Shown here in pieces: positions 27,711 through 37,975 of a stretch of DNA of 64,000 bases. Location of the stretch: contig CANIZL010000008.1 in the NCBI GenBank assembly GCA_947471985.1, positions 17,352 to 81,351 of the forward strand. The letters are read 5' to 3'. Both the position numbers and the translations under genes were made by a program. Source of the stretch: Verrucomicrobiota bacterium. Its GTDB lineage: Bacteria > Verrucomicrobiota > Verrucomicrobiia > Limisphaerales > UBA9464. The first letter of the stretch is position 1. The number at the start of each line of letters is the position of its first letter. The notes under the pieces were generated by a model. The model searched no databases. It had not been told where the DNA came from and saw only the letters and a program-made list of their open reading frames with translations.

Positions 27711-30700
27711 TCAGTTGCGCGTGACGGTTTCATCGAGATTCAAGAGCAGGTTCGCGGTCAGGGTGTAGGCCGCGAGTTCGGACGCCGGCAGATCCGCGCG
27801 CGTCCGGGAGTCCCCGAAGGCGAGCAGCTTCTCCGCCGCCGCGGGTTCGCGTTCGTAGCGGATCAAATGACGCTCCAAGGCGCCGGACAGGGTTTGCAGT
27901 TCACGGGCATCGGGCTCCCGGGCGAGCACCAGCCGGAAACCAAACCGCAGCCGCTGCTCCCGCGTCCCGCCACCCACGGTCAGCATGCGTTGCGCCAGAT
28001 GCCGCGCCGCCTCCACATACTGGACATCGTTGAGCAATTGCAGCGCCTGCAGGGGCGTGTTGCTGCGTTCACGGCGGGTGCAGGATTGCTCCCGGTTCGG
28101 CGCGTCAAACGCCGCCATGAACGGCGGGGGAGCCGTCCGTTTGAAAAACGTGTAGAGGCTGCGCCGGTACAACGCCGCCCCCATATCCTGCCGATAGTCC
28201 CGGGTGTTCGATCCCACAAAACCCACCGGTTCCCAGATGTTCGGCGGCTGATACGGCTTCACCCCGCGTCCGCCGGGCGTCAAATCCATGAGGCCGGCCA
28301 CAAACAAGGCCTGGTCGCGGATTTGCTCCGCCTCCAGCCGGAACCGCGGACCGCGGGCCAGCAGCCGGTTCTCCGGATCGCGTTGCCAGAGTTCCGGCGT
28401 CACCCGGGACGACTGCCGGTACGCCGCCGAGGTCACCAAAAGGCGCACCAATCGCTTCACATCCCAGCCGGTTTCCCGAAATTCGACGGCCAGCCAGTCC
28501 AGCAACTCCGGGTGGCTGGGGGCTTGTCCCTGCGTTCCAAAATCCTCCGTCGTCTTCACCAATCCCACCCCGAAAAATTGGAGCCAGATCCGGTTCACAA
28601 ACACCCGCGACGTCAGCGGGTGCTCGGCACTTACCAGCCAGCGGGCCAGGTCCAAACGGCTCGCGTTGGTCCCCGCCGCGTGCAGCGGCGGAAACGCCGC
28701 CGGCACGTCGCGGGTCACCTTTTCCCCCGGCCGATCATACTGCCCGCGTTGCATCACAAAACTCTCCCGAGGTTTCTCCAGGTCCCGCCAGACAAGCGAA
28801 TGCGGAATACCGTCCTCGTAGGCGGTCCGTTCCTGCCGCACCTTGGCGACCTCCTGCAAAAGCGGATCGAACACCGATCGCGACCCCGCATGCACCCGGG
28901 TCAGAAAATGCTCCCGCAATTGCTGCACCTGGGCGGCAGTGCGTTCGGTGGGTTTCGTGTTCTTGAAGATCCGGCGCACCTCCTCCGGCAATTCCCCCGG
29001 CTCCTTGCCCTCATACCCCTGACGCCACGCGGCGAAGGAATGCCGCGGGTCCGCCGCCGGATCCACCCGTCCTGTCGCCCCGAGTTGATCCCACGTCACC
29101 CGTCCATCCATTTGGGTGCAGGCAAAGGCCTTCACTCGGTCGCCCGCCCGTAACCCTACCGTCTCCGCCGCCACTTCCAGGCGCACCCAGCGTCCGGTCG
29201 CCGGCAACGGTCCAATAATGGCCCGGCTCGGCTGACCCTTTTCACCCCACGGCACGCCGTCGGCCTCGCCCCAGACAGCGCGGTGCTCCCAATTGTCGCG
29301 ATTCCATTGCAGCATGATCGTCCGCGGCGGGTTCGCCGGATCGAGATACACCTGCACGAAAAACCGGGCGTTGAGCCCCAGCGTGAAGCCTTCGCCCGTG
29401 GCTTCAAACACGTCCTGCACCACCCCTTTGCCTTCCCGCTGCAACGCCTTCGCCCCGGCAAAAACCACGCCGTGTGCCACATCCACCCAGGTGGGATTTG
29501 AATCCGTCTTGAATCCGGTGGGAATGCCCTCGTCGAGCCAGATCACCGACTCGTCCCGGGCCGGCGGGCGCGGCTGCTGCTCCGCCGGATCCACATAAGC
29601 CACTCCGGCCACCGCCGCCTCGACCCGACTTTCCGCCGCGCCCAACCGGGTCGCGAATTCGGCCAACCGGGATTCATCCTCCGCCCGTTTGATCTGCACC
29701 GTCGGCGCCGTCCGCAAAATGTTCCCGTCCATCGCGGGATCCGCCGCACTGTTGAAAAACGCGTACAACGAATAGAATTCCTTGGTCGAAATCGGATCAA
29801 ACTTGTGGTCATGGCACATCGCACATCCGGCGGTCAGTCCCAGCCACGCCTGCGCCACAGTACTCGTGCGATCCACCGCGTAGCGGAAAAGACATTCGGC
29901 ATCGATCGATCCGCCCTCGCCGGTGGTGACGTTGCAGCGATTGAATCCGGTGGCAATCAACTGCCCAACGGTCGGTTCCGGTAACAGGTCCCCGGCGAGC
30001 TGTTCGATGGTGAACTGGTCGAAAGGCAGATTGCGATTAAACGCTCCGACGACCCAATCCCGATACGGCCACATCTGCCGTTCGTTGTCGAGATGCATGC
30101 CGTGGGTGTCCGCATACCGGGCCACATCCAGCCAGTGCCGCGCCAATTGCTCGCCGTAGTGCGGCGACCGCAGCAGCCGGTCGACCAGCCGATCATACGC
30201 ATCGGGCGCGCCATCCCGCACAAACGCATCCACCTCCGTCGGCGTCGGCGGCAGCCCCGTGAGGTCAAAGGAAAGACGGCGAATCAAGGTCCAGCGATCC
30301 GCTTCGGGCGCGGGCACCAGATGTTCCGCCGCGAGCCGGGCCGTTACGAACCGGTCCACGGGATGGTTCCCGGCAATTCCCGCCGGCAGCGGCGCCTTCA
30401 CCGGGGCGGTAAAGGACCAGTGCGGCTCGTAGCGCGCGCCCGATTCAATCCACTGGCGGAGTTTCCCCCGCTGATCCGGGGTCAGCGTCCGCCCGGTATC
30501 CGGGGGCGGCATGACCTGCTCGGGGTCCGCAGAATTGATCCGCTGCCAGACCTCGCTGGCCGCAATCTGGCCGGGTTTCAGGGCCACCCGACCCGCGGCG
30601 TTGGTCTGCGTGGCACCCTCCACGGTATCCAGACGCAGTTTCCCTTTGCGATGTCCGGCGTCCGAGCCGTGGCAGGAAAAGCAATTGTCCGCCAACAACG

Positions 30701-30824
30701 GACGGATGTCGCGATTGAAGCGGACCCCATCCGGCGCGGCGGCGGCCAAGGCCACCACCCACTGGACGACGACCCAACCCGACAAGACTCCCCGAAGCAT
30801 GGGGGGACAGACGCGGCGGAACAT
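27711..30824 (-). CDS. PSD1/DUF1549-DUF1553 planctomycete cytochrome c domain protein
   Basis: FNRDIRPLLADNCFSCHG, HWSF, DLTGLPPT, WLDVARYADT, CAMCHDHKFDP, PSHPELLDWLA, NTPLQAL and LLNLDE. Confidence 0.92.
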   Translation of the reverse strand: MFRRVCPPMLRGVLSGWVVVQWVVALAAAAPDGVRFNRDIRPLLADNCFSCHGSDAGHRKGKLRLDTVEGATQTNAAGRVALKPGQIAASEVWQRINSADPEQVMPPPDTGRTLTPDQRGKLRQWIESGARYEPHWSFTAPVKAPLPAGIAGNHPVDRFVTARLAAEHLVPAPEADRWTLIRRLSFDLTGLPPTPTEVDAFVRDGAPDAYDRLVDRLLRSPHYGEQLARHWLDVARYADTHGMHLDNERQMWPYRDWVVGAFNRNLPFDQFTIEQLAGDLLPEPTVGQLIATGFNRCNVTTGEGGSIDAECLFRYAVDRTSTVAQAWLGLTAGCAMCHDHKFDPISTKEFYSLYAFFNSAADPAMDGNILRTAPTVQIKRAEDESRLAEFATRLGAAESRVEAAVAGVAYVDPAEQQPRPPARDESVIWLDEGIPTGFKTDSNPTWVDVAHGVVFAGAKALQREGKGVVQDVFEATGEGFTLGLNARFFVQVYLDPANPPRTIMLQWNRDNWEHRAVWGEADGVPWGEKGQPSRAIIGPLPATGRWVRLEVAAETVGLRAGDRVKAFACTQMDGRVTWDQLGATGRVDPAADPRHSFAAWRQGYEGKEPGELPEEVRRIFKNTKPTERTAAQVQQLREHFLTRVHAGSRSVFDPLLQEVAKVRQERTAYEDGIPHSLVWRDLEKPRESFVMQRGQYDRPGEKVTRDVPAAFPPLHAAGTNASRLDLARWLVSAEHPLTSRVFVNRIWLQFFGVGLVKTTEDFGTQGQAPSHPELLDWLAVEFRETGWDVKRLVRLLVTSAAYRQSSRVTPELWQRDPENRLLARGPRFRLEAEQIRDQALFVAGLMDLTPGGRGVKPYQPPNIWEPVGFVGSNTRDYRQDMGAALYRRSLYTFFKRTAPPPFMAAFDAPNREQSCTRRERSNTPLQALQLLNDVQYVEAARHLAQRMLTVGGGTREQRLRFGFRLVLAREPDARELQTLSGALERHLIRYEREPAAAEKLLAFGDSRTRADLPASELAAYTLTANLLLNLDETVTRN

Positions 30825-30920
30825 GTCCGTATTCTTGGCGGATTGCGGCCAGTGGCAAACCGCAGGCACCGGAAGATTTTCCCGGCGCACCGGACGGAGA
30901 ACCCAAAACCGGAACGAACT

Positions 30921-31436
30921 TCAGATCTCCAAGCTGGTGACCTTCAGGGCCGTCACCAATCGATCCAACAAGGGTTGCTGCGCCATTTTCAACTTCTGCT
31001 TGGCGGCATGCACGGAGAAAAATCCGACGGCATCGATCTCCGGCCAGCGCGCCCAACGCCCCGAACCAGCCGGCCATTCCACTTCGATCTCATTGCTCCA
31101 CAACGGACGTCCCACCTCCCAATCGCCCTCAAACGCCCACGCGTGCACGGTCTTGCCCCCCTTTTGCTTGATGGATCCCAAGGCCATGTAGGGCCCTTGG
31201 GGACGGAGTCCGACTTCCTCTTCAAACTCCCGCACGGCCGCCGCAAAGGGCTCCTCGCCGGGCTCCAGCTCGCCTTTGGGAATGGTCCAGATATCCACGT
31301 CCTTCCCGGGGAACCACGGTCCCCCCGGGTGCGCGATAAACACCTCCAGCTCGCCCTCTGCCGTATGACGATACATCAGCAGCCCCGCGCTGACGCGGGG
31401 ACGGTGGGGACGATGACCTGTGCGGTGAACCGGCAT
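30921..31436 (-). CDS. NUDIX domain protein
   Basis: SAGLLMYR...HPGGP...WTIPKGE...AAVREFEEEVG and WPEID. Confidence 0.88.
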   Translation of the reverse strand: MPVHRTGHRPHRPRVSAGLLMYRHTAEGELEVFIAHPGGPWFPGKDVDIWTIPKGELEPGEEPFAAAVREFEEEVGLRPQGPYMALGSIKQKGGKTVHAWAFEGDWEVGRPLWSNEIEVEWPAGSGRWARWPEIDAVGFFSVHAAKQKLKMAQQPLLDRLVTALKVTSLEI

Positions 31437-31591
31437 TTTTCCTCAATTCAAGCAATTTGCTTAGTTCGTACTTGCGACGAAAGTCTACGCGGATACCCTC
31501 AGTGGCGTTCTCGTTAACTCCCGACCAACAGTGAGGCTATTCATAAACCGAATGGGCGGGCTGTTGCAATCAGGAAGACAAGGTACCGATC

Positions 31592-32674
31592 ATGAAATTA
31601 CCGGCTCTCGACAATGATTTCTGCCGTTGGAGCAAGGGATTGCTCCTCCTCGGCCTCTGCCTGCCCAACGCCCACGCAGTCATCCTCTACAGTACGGGCG
31701 ACCCATCCGCCAACACCACTGCCCCCACCGGGCCACTGGCCAACTCGGGGTGGCAGTACGAGAACACCTTCCTCAGCTACACCGGCTACCCGATCTCGCC
31801 CGACTCCTTCGTGGTCTCCAAACACATCGTTGGCTCCTACCACCAGGGCTCCACGGGCGGCACCACGTTCACGTACATGGGGGTCACCTATGACACCGTC
31901 GGACGCTACGACGACCCGAGTGGCGGCGATCTCACGGTACTGAAAATCAACCCGGCCGCACCCGCCGGCGCTTTCCCGTCGTTCGTCCCGCTCTATCGCA
32001 AGAACGACGAAACAGGACAGAACTTCGTGGTCCTGGGTCGGGGCTTGGAACGAGGCGCCGCGGTCAACATCCCCGCCGATGGCACAACCGCGGGAAGTCC
32101 CAACGGCACCCTGCGAGGTTGGGAGTGGGGCGGCAATTCCGGCGTCCAACGCTGGGGGGAAAACACCGTGGACGCCATCGGCATCGCCAATAGCCCCGGC
32201 GTGCACGAGGAATTCCTGCTCGCCACCTTCACCCCGCCCGCCCAGGGCGGATTGCCCAATGAGGCCACTCTGGCCGCCGGGGATTCCAGCGGCGGCGTGT
32301 TTATCAAGGATACGGCCGACGGTATCTGGAAACTCGCCGCGCTGAACACGGGCGTGGTCGCCAGCTTCAGCACCACTTCCGGCGGCGCCGCCGTCAACAT
32401 GGCGTTGATTGACGCCGGCGGTCTATTCGTCGGACCCAATCAGTTGCAGGATACCACCGGTCTGGATCTGTTTTTCAACGCGGCCTTTCAATCCACGACC
32501 CTTTTCGACCCGAACCTTAAAACGCCGGTCGTCAGCCTGCACACCCGGATCTCCTCCCTGACGACCTGGCTGGATTCGGTCACCGTACCGGAATCCGCGC
32601 CGTCGCCTGCCCTGCTGGGCGCCGCCTTGCTCGTCGGGGCTGGGTGGCTCGTCCGCCGCCAACGCGCCGCGTAA
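31592..32674 (+). CDS. Trypsin-like serine protease with PEP-CTERM sorting signal
   Basis: Signal peptide. Catalytic triad contexts VSKH, DLTVLKI and GDSSGG. C-terminal VPES + hydrophobic helix + RRQR. Confidence 0.8.
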   Translation: MKLPALDNDFCRWSKGLLLLGLCLPNAHAVILYSTGDPSANTTAPTGPLANSGWQYENTFLSYTGYPISPDSFVVSKHIVGSYHQGSTGGTTFTYMGVTYDTVGRYDDPSGGDLTVLKINPAAPAGAFPSFVPLYRKNDETGQNFVVLGRGLERGAAVNIPADGTTAGSPNGTLRGWEWGGNSGVQRWGENTVDAIGIANSPGVHEEFLLATFTPPAQGGLPNEATLAAGDSSGGVFIKDTADGIWKLAALNTGVVASFSTTSGGAAVNMALIDAGGLFVGPNQLQDTTGLDLFFNAAFQSTTLFDPNLKTPVVSLHTRISSLTTWLDSVTVPESAPSPALLGAALLVGAGWLVRRQRAA

Positions 32675-32796
32675 ACCGAGCCGGTTCGTCCGGACCGCTC
32701 GATCCCCCCACGCCCCACGCCCCACAAGGTCCAGCAACCCCGCTCGGGTTTCGGTTGGCTGAACGACCCCGGGGGCGTCACTGTCCGCCCTCAATT

Positions 32797-34134
32797 ATGG
32801 AGCAAGTGAATCTGGGACTCATCGGTGGCGGTACAGTCGGCGGGGGCGTGTTTCAAGCCCTCGCCCGGCATGGGGACCTCCTCGCCCAACGCCTCGGCAC
32901 ACGTCTGAACCTGACGCGGGTCGCCGTCCGCGATCTCCAGAAGGCCCGCTCCACGCCCTTTCCCGCGTCGATCCTCACCACCGACTGGCGCAGCATCGTC
33001 CAGGATCCACAGATCGACGTCGTCATTGAACTTATGGGCGGCACCACCACGGCGCGCGACGTGGTCCGGGCGGCCTTGATCGCCGGCAAGCCGGTCGTCA
33101 CCGCCAACAAGGCCCTGCTCTCCGCGCACGGTCCGGAACTGTTCGCCCTGGCCGCCCAACACCACGTCAACCTCTACTACGAGGCCTCCGTGGCCGGCGG
33201 CATCCCGATCATCAAGGTCCTGCGCGAATCGTTCGCCGGCAACCGCATCACCCGCCTCGCCGGCATCGTCAACGGCACCTGCAATTACATCCTCACCCGC
33301 ATGAAGCTGGAGGGGGCGGATTTCCAGGCGGTCCTCGCCGATGCCCAACGCCTCGGTTACGCGGAAGCCGAACCCAGCCTGGACATCGACGGTCATGACG
33401 CCGCCCATAAGACCGGCATCCTGGCCAGCCTCGCGCATGGCTTCTGGGTGAAGCCCGAACAAATCCACACGGAGGGCATCCGGCACATCGATGCCCTCGA
33501 CATCCGCTTCGCCACCCAGCTGGGTTATACCATCAAGCTGCTGGGTATCGTGAAGGACTTGGGCACGAAGGGCCGTGGCCCCAGTGCCACCCGCGGAATT
33601 CAGGTCGCCGTGTACCCCGCGCTCGTACCGAATACGCACGTGCTGGCATCGGTGAACTACGCGTTCAACGCGATCAGCCTGCGCGGCGATATCGTGGGCG
33701 ATACGCTCTTCTACGGCCGCGGCGCCGGCCAGGATCCCACCGCCAGCTCCGTCCTCAGTGATCTGGCCGATGCCGCTCTGGACCTCCGCCACGGCTGTCA
33801 TCAGCGCGTGCCCGCTTTCACTCCGTGCGGCGGCAGCCGCGGTCCCGCGTGCCGGGTGGTGCCCATGGAGGAGGTCGTGTCCCGGTATTACCTCCGCCTC
33901 AGCGTTGTCGATAAGCCCGGCGTGTTCGCCAAGGTGGCCGCCTTGTTGGCGGCGGCGAAGATTGGAATTTCCTCGGTCATCCAACCCGAGGGTCACGTCG
34001 GTGAGACGGTGCCCGTCATCCTGATGATCCACGATGCCCCCAACCGCGCCATGCAGGCGGCCTTGGCGCGCATCGCCAAACTGGGCTTTGTCAAAGCCCC
34101 GCCCGTGCTCCTGCGCGTGGAAACGCTCGAATAA
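32797..34134 (+). CDS. hom: Homoserine dehydrogenase with ACT domain
   Basis: G.GTVG, VVTANKA, EASVAGGIP, NGTCNYIL, GYAEAEP..D..G.DAAHK, GRGAG..PTAS and ACT DKPGV. Confidence 0.95.
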   Translation: MEQVNLGLIGGGTVGGGVFQALARHGDLLAQRLGTRLNLTRVAVRDLQKARSTPFPASILTTDWRSIVQDPQIDVVIELMGGTTTARDVVRAALIAGKPVVTANKALLSAHGPELFALAAQHHVNLYYEASVAGGIPIIKVLRESFAGNRITRLAGIVNGTCNYILTRMKLEGADFQAVLADAQRLGYAEAEPSLDIDGHDAAHKTGILASLAHGFWVKPEQIHTEGIRHIDALDIRFATQLGYTIKLLGIVKDLGTKGRGPSATRGIQVAVYPALVPNTHVLASVNYAFNAISLRGDIVGDTLFYGRGAGQDPTASSVLSDLADAALDLRHGCHQRVPAFTPCGGSRGPACRVVPMEEVVSRYYLRLSVVDKPGVFAKVAALLAAAKIGISSVIQPEGHVGETVPVILMIHDAPNRAMQAALARIAKLGFVKAPPVLLRVETLE

Positions 34135-34158
34135 CCCCAACGCCCGAAACCCCGTTCC

Positions 34159-36429
34159 ATGTCCTGTCGCGTCACCACCAGCTTCACGGAACGGCTGAGC
34201 CAGGCGCTCCCGTTCGGCATCGGCGTCACCAAGCCGAAGCATTTCCGAGACATGCTCGACGTGGTGTGGCAGAACCGCGACAACCTCGGCTACGCGTGGA
34301 AGGTGATCACCCGCGGCGTTTGCGACGGCTGTGCGCTGGGCGTGGCGGGACTGCACGACTGGACCATCACCGGCACCCACTTGTGCATGACGCGACTGAA
34401 TCTGCTCCGGCTCAATACCATGCCGGCGCTCGACATCGCGCGCCTGGCCGATCTCACCGAACTCCGCACCTACGACAACGCCCAATTGCGGGTCCTCGGC
34501 CGCCTGCCCTACCCGCTGCTGCGCGAACACGGGGACCGGGGCTTTCGACGCATCAGCTGGGAGGAAGCCTATCAACGCCAGGCCGTCCGGATTCGCTCGG
34601 CAGATCCCCGTCGCGTGGCCTTCTTCGTGACCGCCCGGGGCGTCACCAACGAGGTCTACTACATGGCCCAGAAAGTGGCGCGCTTTCTCGGCACCAACCA
34701 CGTCGATAACGCCGCCCGCCTGTGCCACGCACCCAGCTCAGGCGCCATGAAACACGCCGTCGGCTATGCCGCCAGCACCTGCTCCTACCGCGATTGGTAT
34801 GGCACCGATCTCATCGTCTTCTGGGGCGCCAACCCTTCCAACGATCAACCCGTCACCACGAAGTACCTGCACGAGGCGAAAGCTCTGGGCACCAAGGTGG
34901 CCATCGTGAATCCCTACCTGGAACCCGGCCTGAAACGCTACTGGGTCCCCAGCACGGCCAGCAGCGCCCTCTTCGGCACCGGCATTGCTGACTGGTGGTT
35001 TCCGGTCACCCAAGGCGGCGACATCGCCTTCATCTACGGCGTCCTCAAGGTGCTCGTCGAACGCGATTGGGTGAATCAGGAGTTCATCCGGCAACACACC
35101 GCGGAATGGCCCTCGATGTTGACGGCCCTGCAGGCGCTGGATTTTCCGACTTTGGAAAAGCAGGCGGGACTGCCCCGCACCGCGATGGAGGAACTGGCGC
35201 AGTTGCTGCACGCTTCGCCCCGCGCCGTCTTTGTCTGGAGCATGGGCATCACCCAGCACGCCTACGGGGGCGACGCCGTCAGCGCCGTGCTCAATCTCGG
35301 ATTGGCCATGGGCTACGTGGGTCGGGAAAAAACCGGTCTGATGCCGATCCGCGGCCACAGCTCGGTGCAGGGGGGCGCGGAAATGGGCTGCTACTCCACG
35401 GCCCTGCCCGGCGGCAAACCCATCAACGACGAGAACGTTGCTGCGCTCTCCCGCGAATACGGTTTCCCCGTTCCTTCGTGGCCCGGCCTTACCGCCGTGG
35501 AAATGGTCGAAGCCGCCGCCCGCGACCTACTCGATGTGCTCTACTGTCTGGGCGGCAATTTCCTGCGCACACTGCCCGACCCGGACTATGTCGGCGCCGC
35601 CATGTCCCGCGTTCCCTTGCGCGTGCATCAGGACATTATTCTCACCGATCAGATGTTCCTGGATCCCCCGCCGGGTGGCGCGGTGCTGCTGCTGCCGGCG
35701 AAAACCCGCTACGAACAGGACGACGGCGGGATCGAAACCACCACGGAACGTCGTATCGCCTTCAGCCCGGAAATTCCCCGGCAGGTCGGTGAGGCCCGGG
35801 CCGAGTGGAAGATCCTGCGGGAGCTCGCCGCCACCACCTATCCCGAACGCGCTGCGTTACTCGGCGGCGAAACCGGGCACGCGTTGCGCGCGGAAATCGC
35901 CCGCGTCGTCCCCTTCTACGACGGTTGCCAAAACCTGAAAAAAACCGGCGACGCCATCCAGTACGGCGGCCCGCGCCTGTGCGACGACGGCGCGTTTGCC
36001 ACCCCGGACGGTCGGGCCCACTTCCGGGCCATCCCGCTGCCGCCGACACCGGTGCCCCGTTTCGGTCCCCACCGGCCATCCACCAAACCGGCGGAGCGCA
36101 CCTTTGTGGTCTCCACCCGGCGCGGAAAACAGTTCAATACGTTGATCTACGCCGAGATTGATCCCCTGACCGGCGCTGCGCGTGACTCCGTGTTCATCCA
36201 TCCGGAGGACGCCGCTTCCCTCCACCTCGCCAAGGGCGACCGCATTGCGCTGGTCAACGATGTCGGTCGCTACGAAGGCCGCGTGTTTCCGGTGCTGATC
36301 GCTCCCGGCAATCTCCAGGTCCACTGGCCCGAGGGCAACGGGCTCCTCCGCCGCGGTGTCACGGACCCCGCCAGTGGCGTGCCCGAGTACAATGCGGAAG
36401 TCCGCATCGAACGTCTTCCCGACGTCTGA
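34159..36429 (+). CDS. FdhF/YdeP-family molybdopterin oxidoreductase
   Basis: CDGCALG, NAARLCH, WSMGITQH, PIRGHSSVQG, STRRGKQFN and PEYNA. Confidence 0.9.
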   Translation: MSCRVTTSFTERLSQALPFGIGVTKPKHFRDMLDVVWQNRDNLGYAWKVITRGVCDGCALGVAGLHDWTITGTHLCMTRLNLLRLNTMPALDIARLADLTELRTYDNAQLRVLGRLPYPLLREHGDRGFRRISWEEAYQRQAVRIRSADPRRVAFFVTARGVTNEVYYMAQKVARFLGTNHVDNAARLCHAPSSGAMKHAVGYAASTCSYRDWYGTDLIVFWGANPSNDQPVTTKYLHEAKALGTKVAIVNPYLEPGLKRYWVPSTASSALFGTGIADWWFPVTQGGDIAFIYGVLKVLVERDWVNQEFIRQHTAEWPSMLTALQALDFPTLEKQAGLPRTAMEELAQLLHASPRAVFVWSMGITQHAYGGDAVSAVLNLGLAMGYVGREKTGLMPIRGHSSVQGGAEMGCYSTALPGGKPINDENVAALSREYGFPVPSWPGLTAVEMVEAAARDLLDVLYCLGGNFLRTLPDPDYVGAAMSRVPLRVHQDIILTDQMFLDPPPGGAVLLLPAKTRYEQDDGGIETTTERRIAFSPEIPRQVGEARAEWKILRELAATTYPERAALLGGETGHALRAEIARVVPFYDGCQNLKKTGDAIQYGGPRLCDDGAFATPDGRAHFRAIPLPPTPVPRFGPHRPSTKPAERTFVVSTRRGKQFNTLIYAEIDPLTGAARDSVFIHPEDAASLHLAKGDRIALVNDVGRYEGRVFPVLIAPGNLQVHWPEGNGLLRRGVTDPASGVPEYNAEVRIERLPDV

Positions 36430-36453
36430 CCGCACCGAAGCGGCGTCCGCCGA

Positions 36454-37863
36454 TCAGCGCGGATCCCCCGCCAGCGACTCACCCAGACGCCGGATCAGTT
36501 CGGTGAAGTAGTCCGGCACCGTCGGCCCGAAAAACGACATCGTTCGCGGCTCATAGCCGTCGAGGTGGTAGTACTTGCCCGGAATGATGTACCCGATGTA
36601 ATCGCCGTTGAAACTCGTCACCGTCAGGCGGCGTCCGCGCAGCGCGAAATGCTCCTTGAGCGGGAGCGCCAATTCCCCACTGAAGTCGCAGGGCGTGGAA
36701 ATCCACAGCGCGTCGCCCAGGCGCAAACCTTGGATAAACGTGGTCCCCTGCACGGGCAGGAGTCGACCCGCGATGACCGGTCGCAATCGACGTGCGTCCG
36801 TCACCCGGGCGTGGATCTCCGGCAGATCCACCTTGAGTCCCAACGTTCCGAAAGCAATCCGCGGCTGCGGTGACAAGGTCGGCAACAGCGCCGCCGTGCG
36901 CTGTGCCAGCGCTTGGCCCATGCGCCGGGTACCGTCGAAGGAGTGCGCCCCCGGCACCGGCGCGTGGCTGCCCACACCGCCGGCAAAAAACACCGCGAGT
37001 CCGCCGGTCTGCGCTTCCACCGCCCGTTCCCATTCGCCCGGCCAATCGCCGCTGAACTGCATATTGTCGGCTCCCAGCACCGTGGCGTGCGCGGCGAAGG
37101 CACCGATCACTGCAGAGGCGCCGTCGTTCCGGGTCACCCGCACCACACTGAATTCCGGATCCACCTGTCCGCGTTCACCGACCAATCGATTGCGAACAAA
37201 CTCCGGAGCGGCAAAGGATCCCACCGCCAAAGCCGCCGGCGCGGCATTGGAGATTGCCGCTCCCACTGCGGCCACCAAGCGGGACGCGTACCATTCACGA
37301 ATGCCCGGATGAAACGCGCCGGCAAACGCCTCGGGCACCCAGCCTTCACCCCAACCACCAATGCTGGAATGCGTGTGCGTCGCGCCAAAATAAAGGGCCT
37401 CCCGCGGCACTCCGAGTTCCGCCTCGAGGCGCACGCTCGCCAACTCCGCCACTTCCCGCGGCACCAGCAAGGCATCCGCTGCGACCCATACGGCGCGGCG
37501 TCCATTCACCTCCACCATCACCGCCTTCACCCAAAGATCATCGTGGGTGCCCGTGGCGGACTGCCCGTGCCGGGCTCCCAGTCCCGCCAGCGGTAATTGG
37601 CGAAACCGTCCGTGCTCCGGATCGTCGCTCGGCGCGTTCACCTCGGGCGTCAGCCGGATCCGGGCAAATCCCGCGCGCAGCGGTCCCACCACGACTTGGT
37701 TGGTGGCGGAACGGGACGTGAGTCGATCCGAAGTGGCGCGAAAATACGGCGCCAGGAGATACGGGCGATAATCGATGCCAGCGAGGCCCAGGAGAACCGC
37801 CGCCACCGCCAGACTGACGGTCCCGAGGGCAACCCGGCGCAGAATTCGGAATGTGCGGCGCAT
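36454..37863 (-). CDS. Neutral/alkaline ceramidase-like hydrolase with N-terminal membrane anchor
   Basis: GFA...TP...PLAG, HDDL..KA, ATHTHS, AAHAT...SGDWPG and GYII...Y...GYE. Confidence 0.78.
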   Translation of the reverse strand: MRRTFRILRRVALGTVSLAVAAVLLGLAGIDYRPYLLAPYFRATSDRLTSRSATNQVVVGPLRAGFARIRLTPEVNAPSDDPEHGRFRQLPLAGLGARHGQSATGTHDDLWVKAVMVEVNGRRAVWVAADALLVPREVAELASVRLEAELGVPREALYFGATHTHSSIGGWGEGWVPEAFAGAFHPGIREWYASRLVAAVGAAISNAAPAALAVGSFAAPEFVRNRLVGERGQVDPEFSVVRVTRNDGASAVIGAFAAHATVLGADNMQFSGDWPGEWERAVEAQTGGLAVFFAGGVGSHAPVPGAHSFDGTRRMGQALAQRTAALLPTLSPQPRIAFGTLGLKVDLPEIHARVTDARRLRPVIAGRLLPVQGTTFIQGLRLGDALWISTPCDFSGELALPLKEHFALRGRRLTVTSFNGDYIGYIIPGKYYHLDGYEPRTMSFFGPTVPDYFTELIRRLGESLAGDPR

Positions 37864-37975
37864 GCCCGCCCAACCTGCCGCACGTCCGCCGTCAGGGAAA
37901 GCCGACTCCCGTCCGGGCGGTGTCGAGAATTTTGCGTTTGAACCACCCCCGATGCCGAGCGTCATTGGCGGCACC

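Noticed and set aside
31470-31560. Possible riboswitch upstream of the PEP-CTERM protease (GAC-GAAA-GTC)
   Set aside because: Only a 3-bp GNRA stem, with no other conserved aptamer elements.
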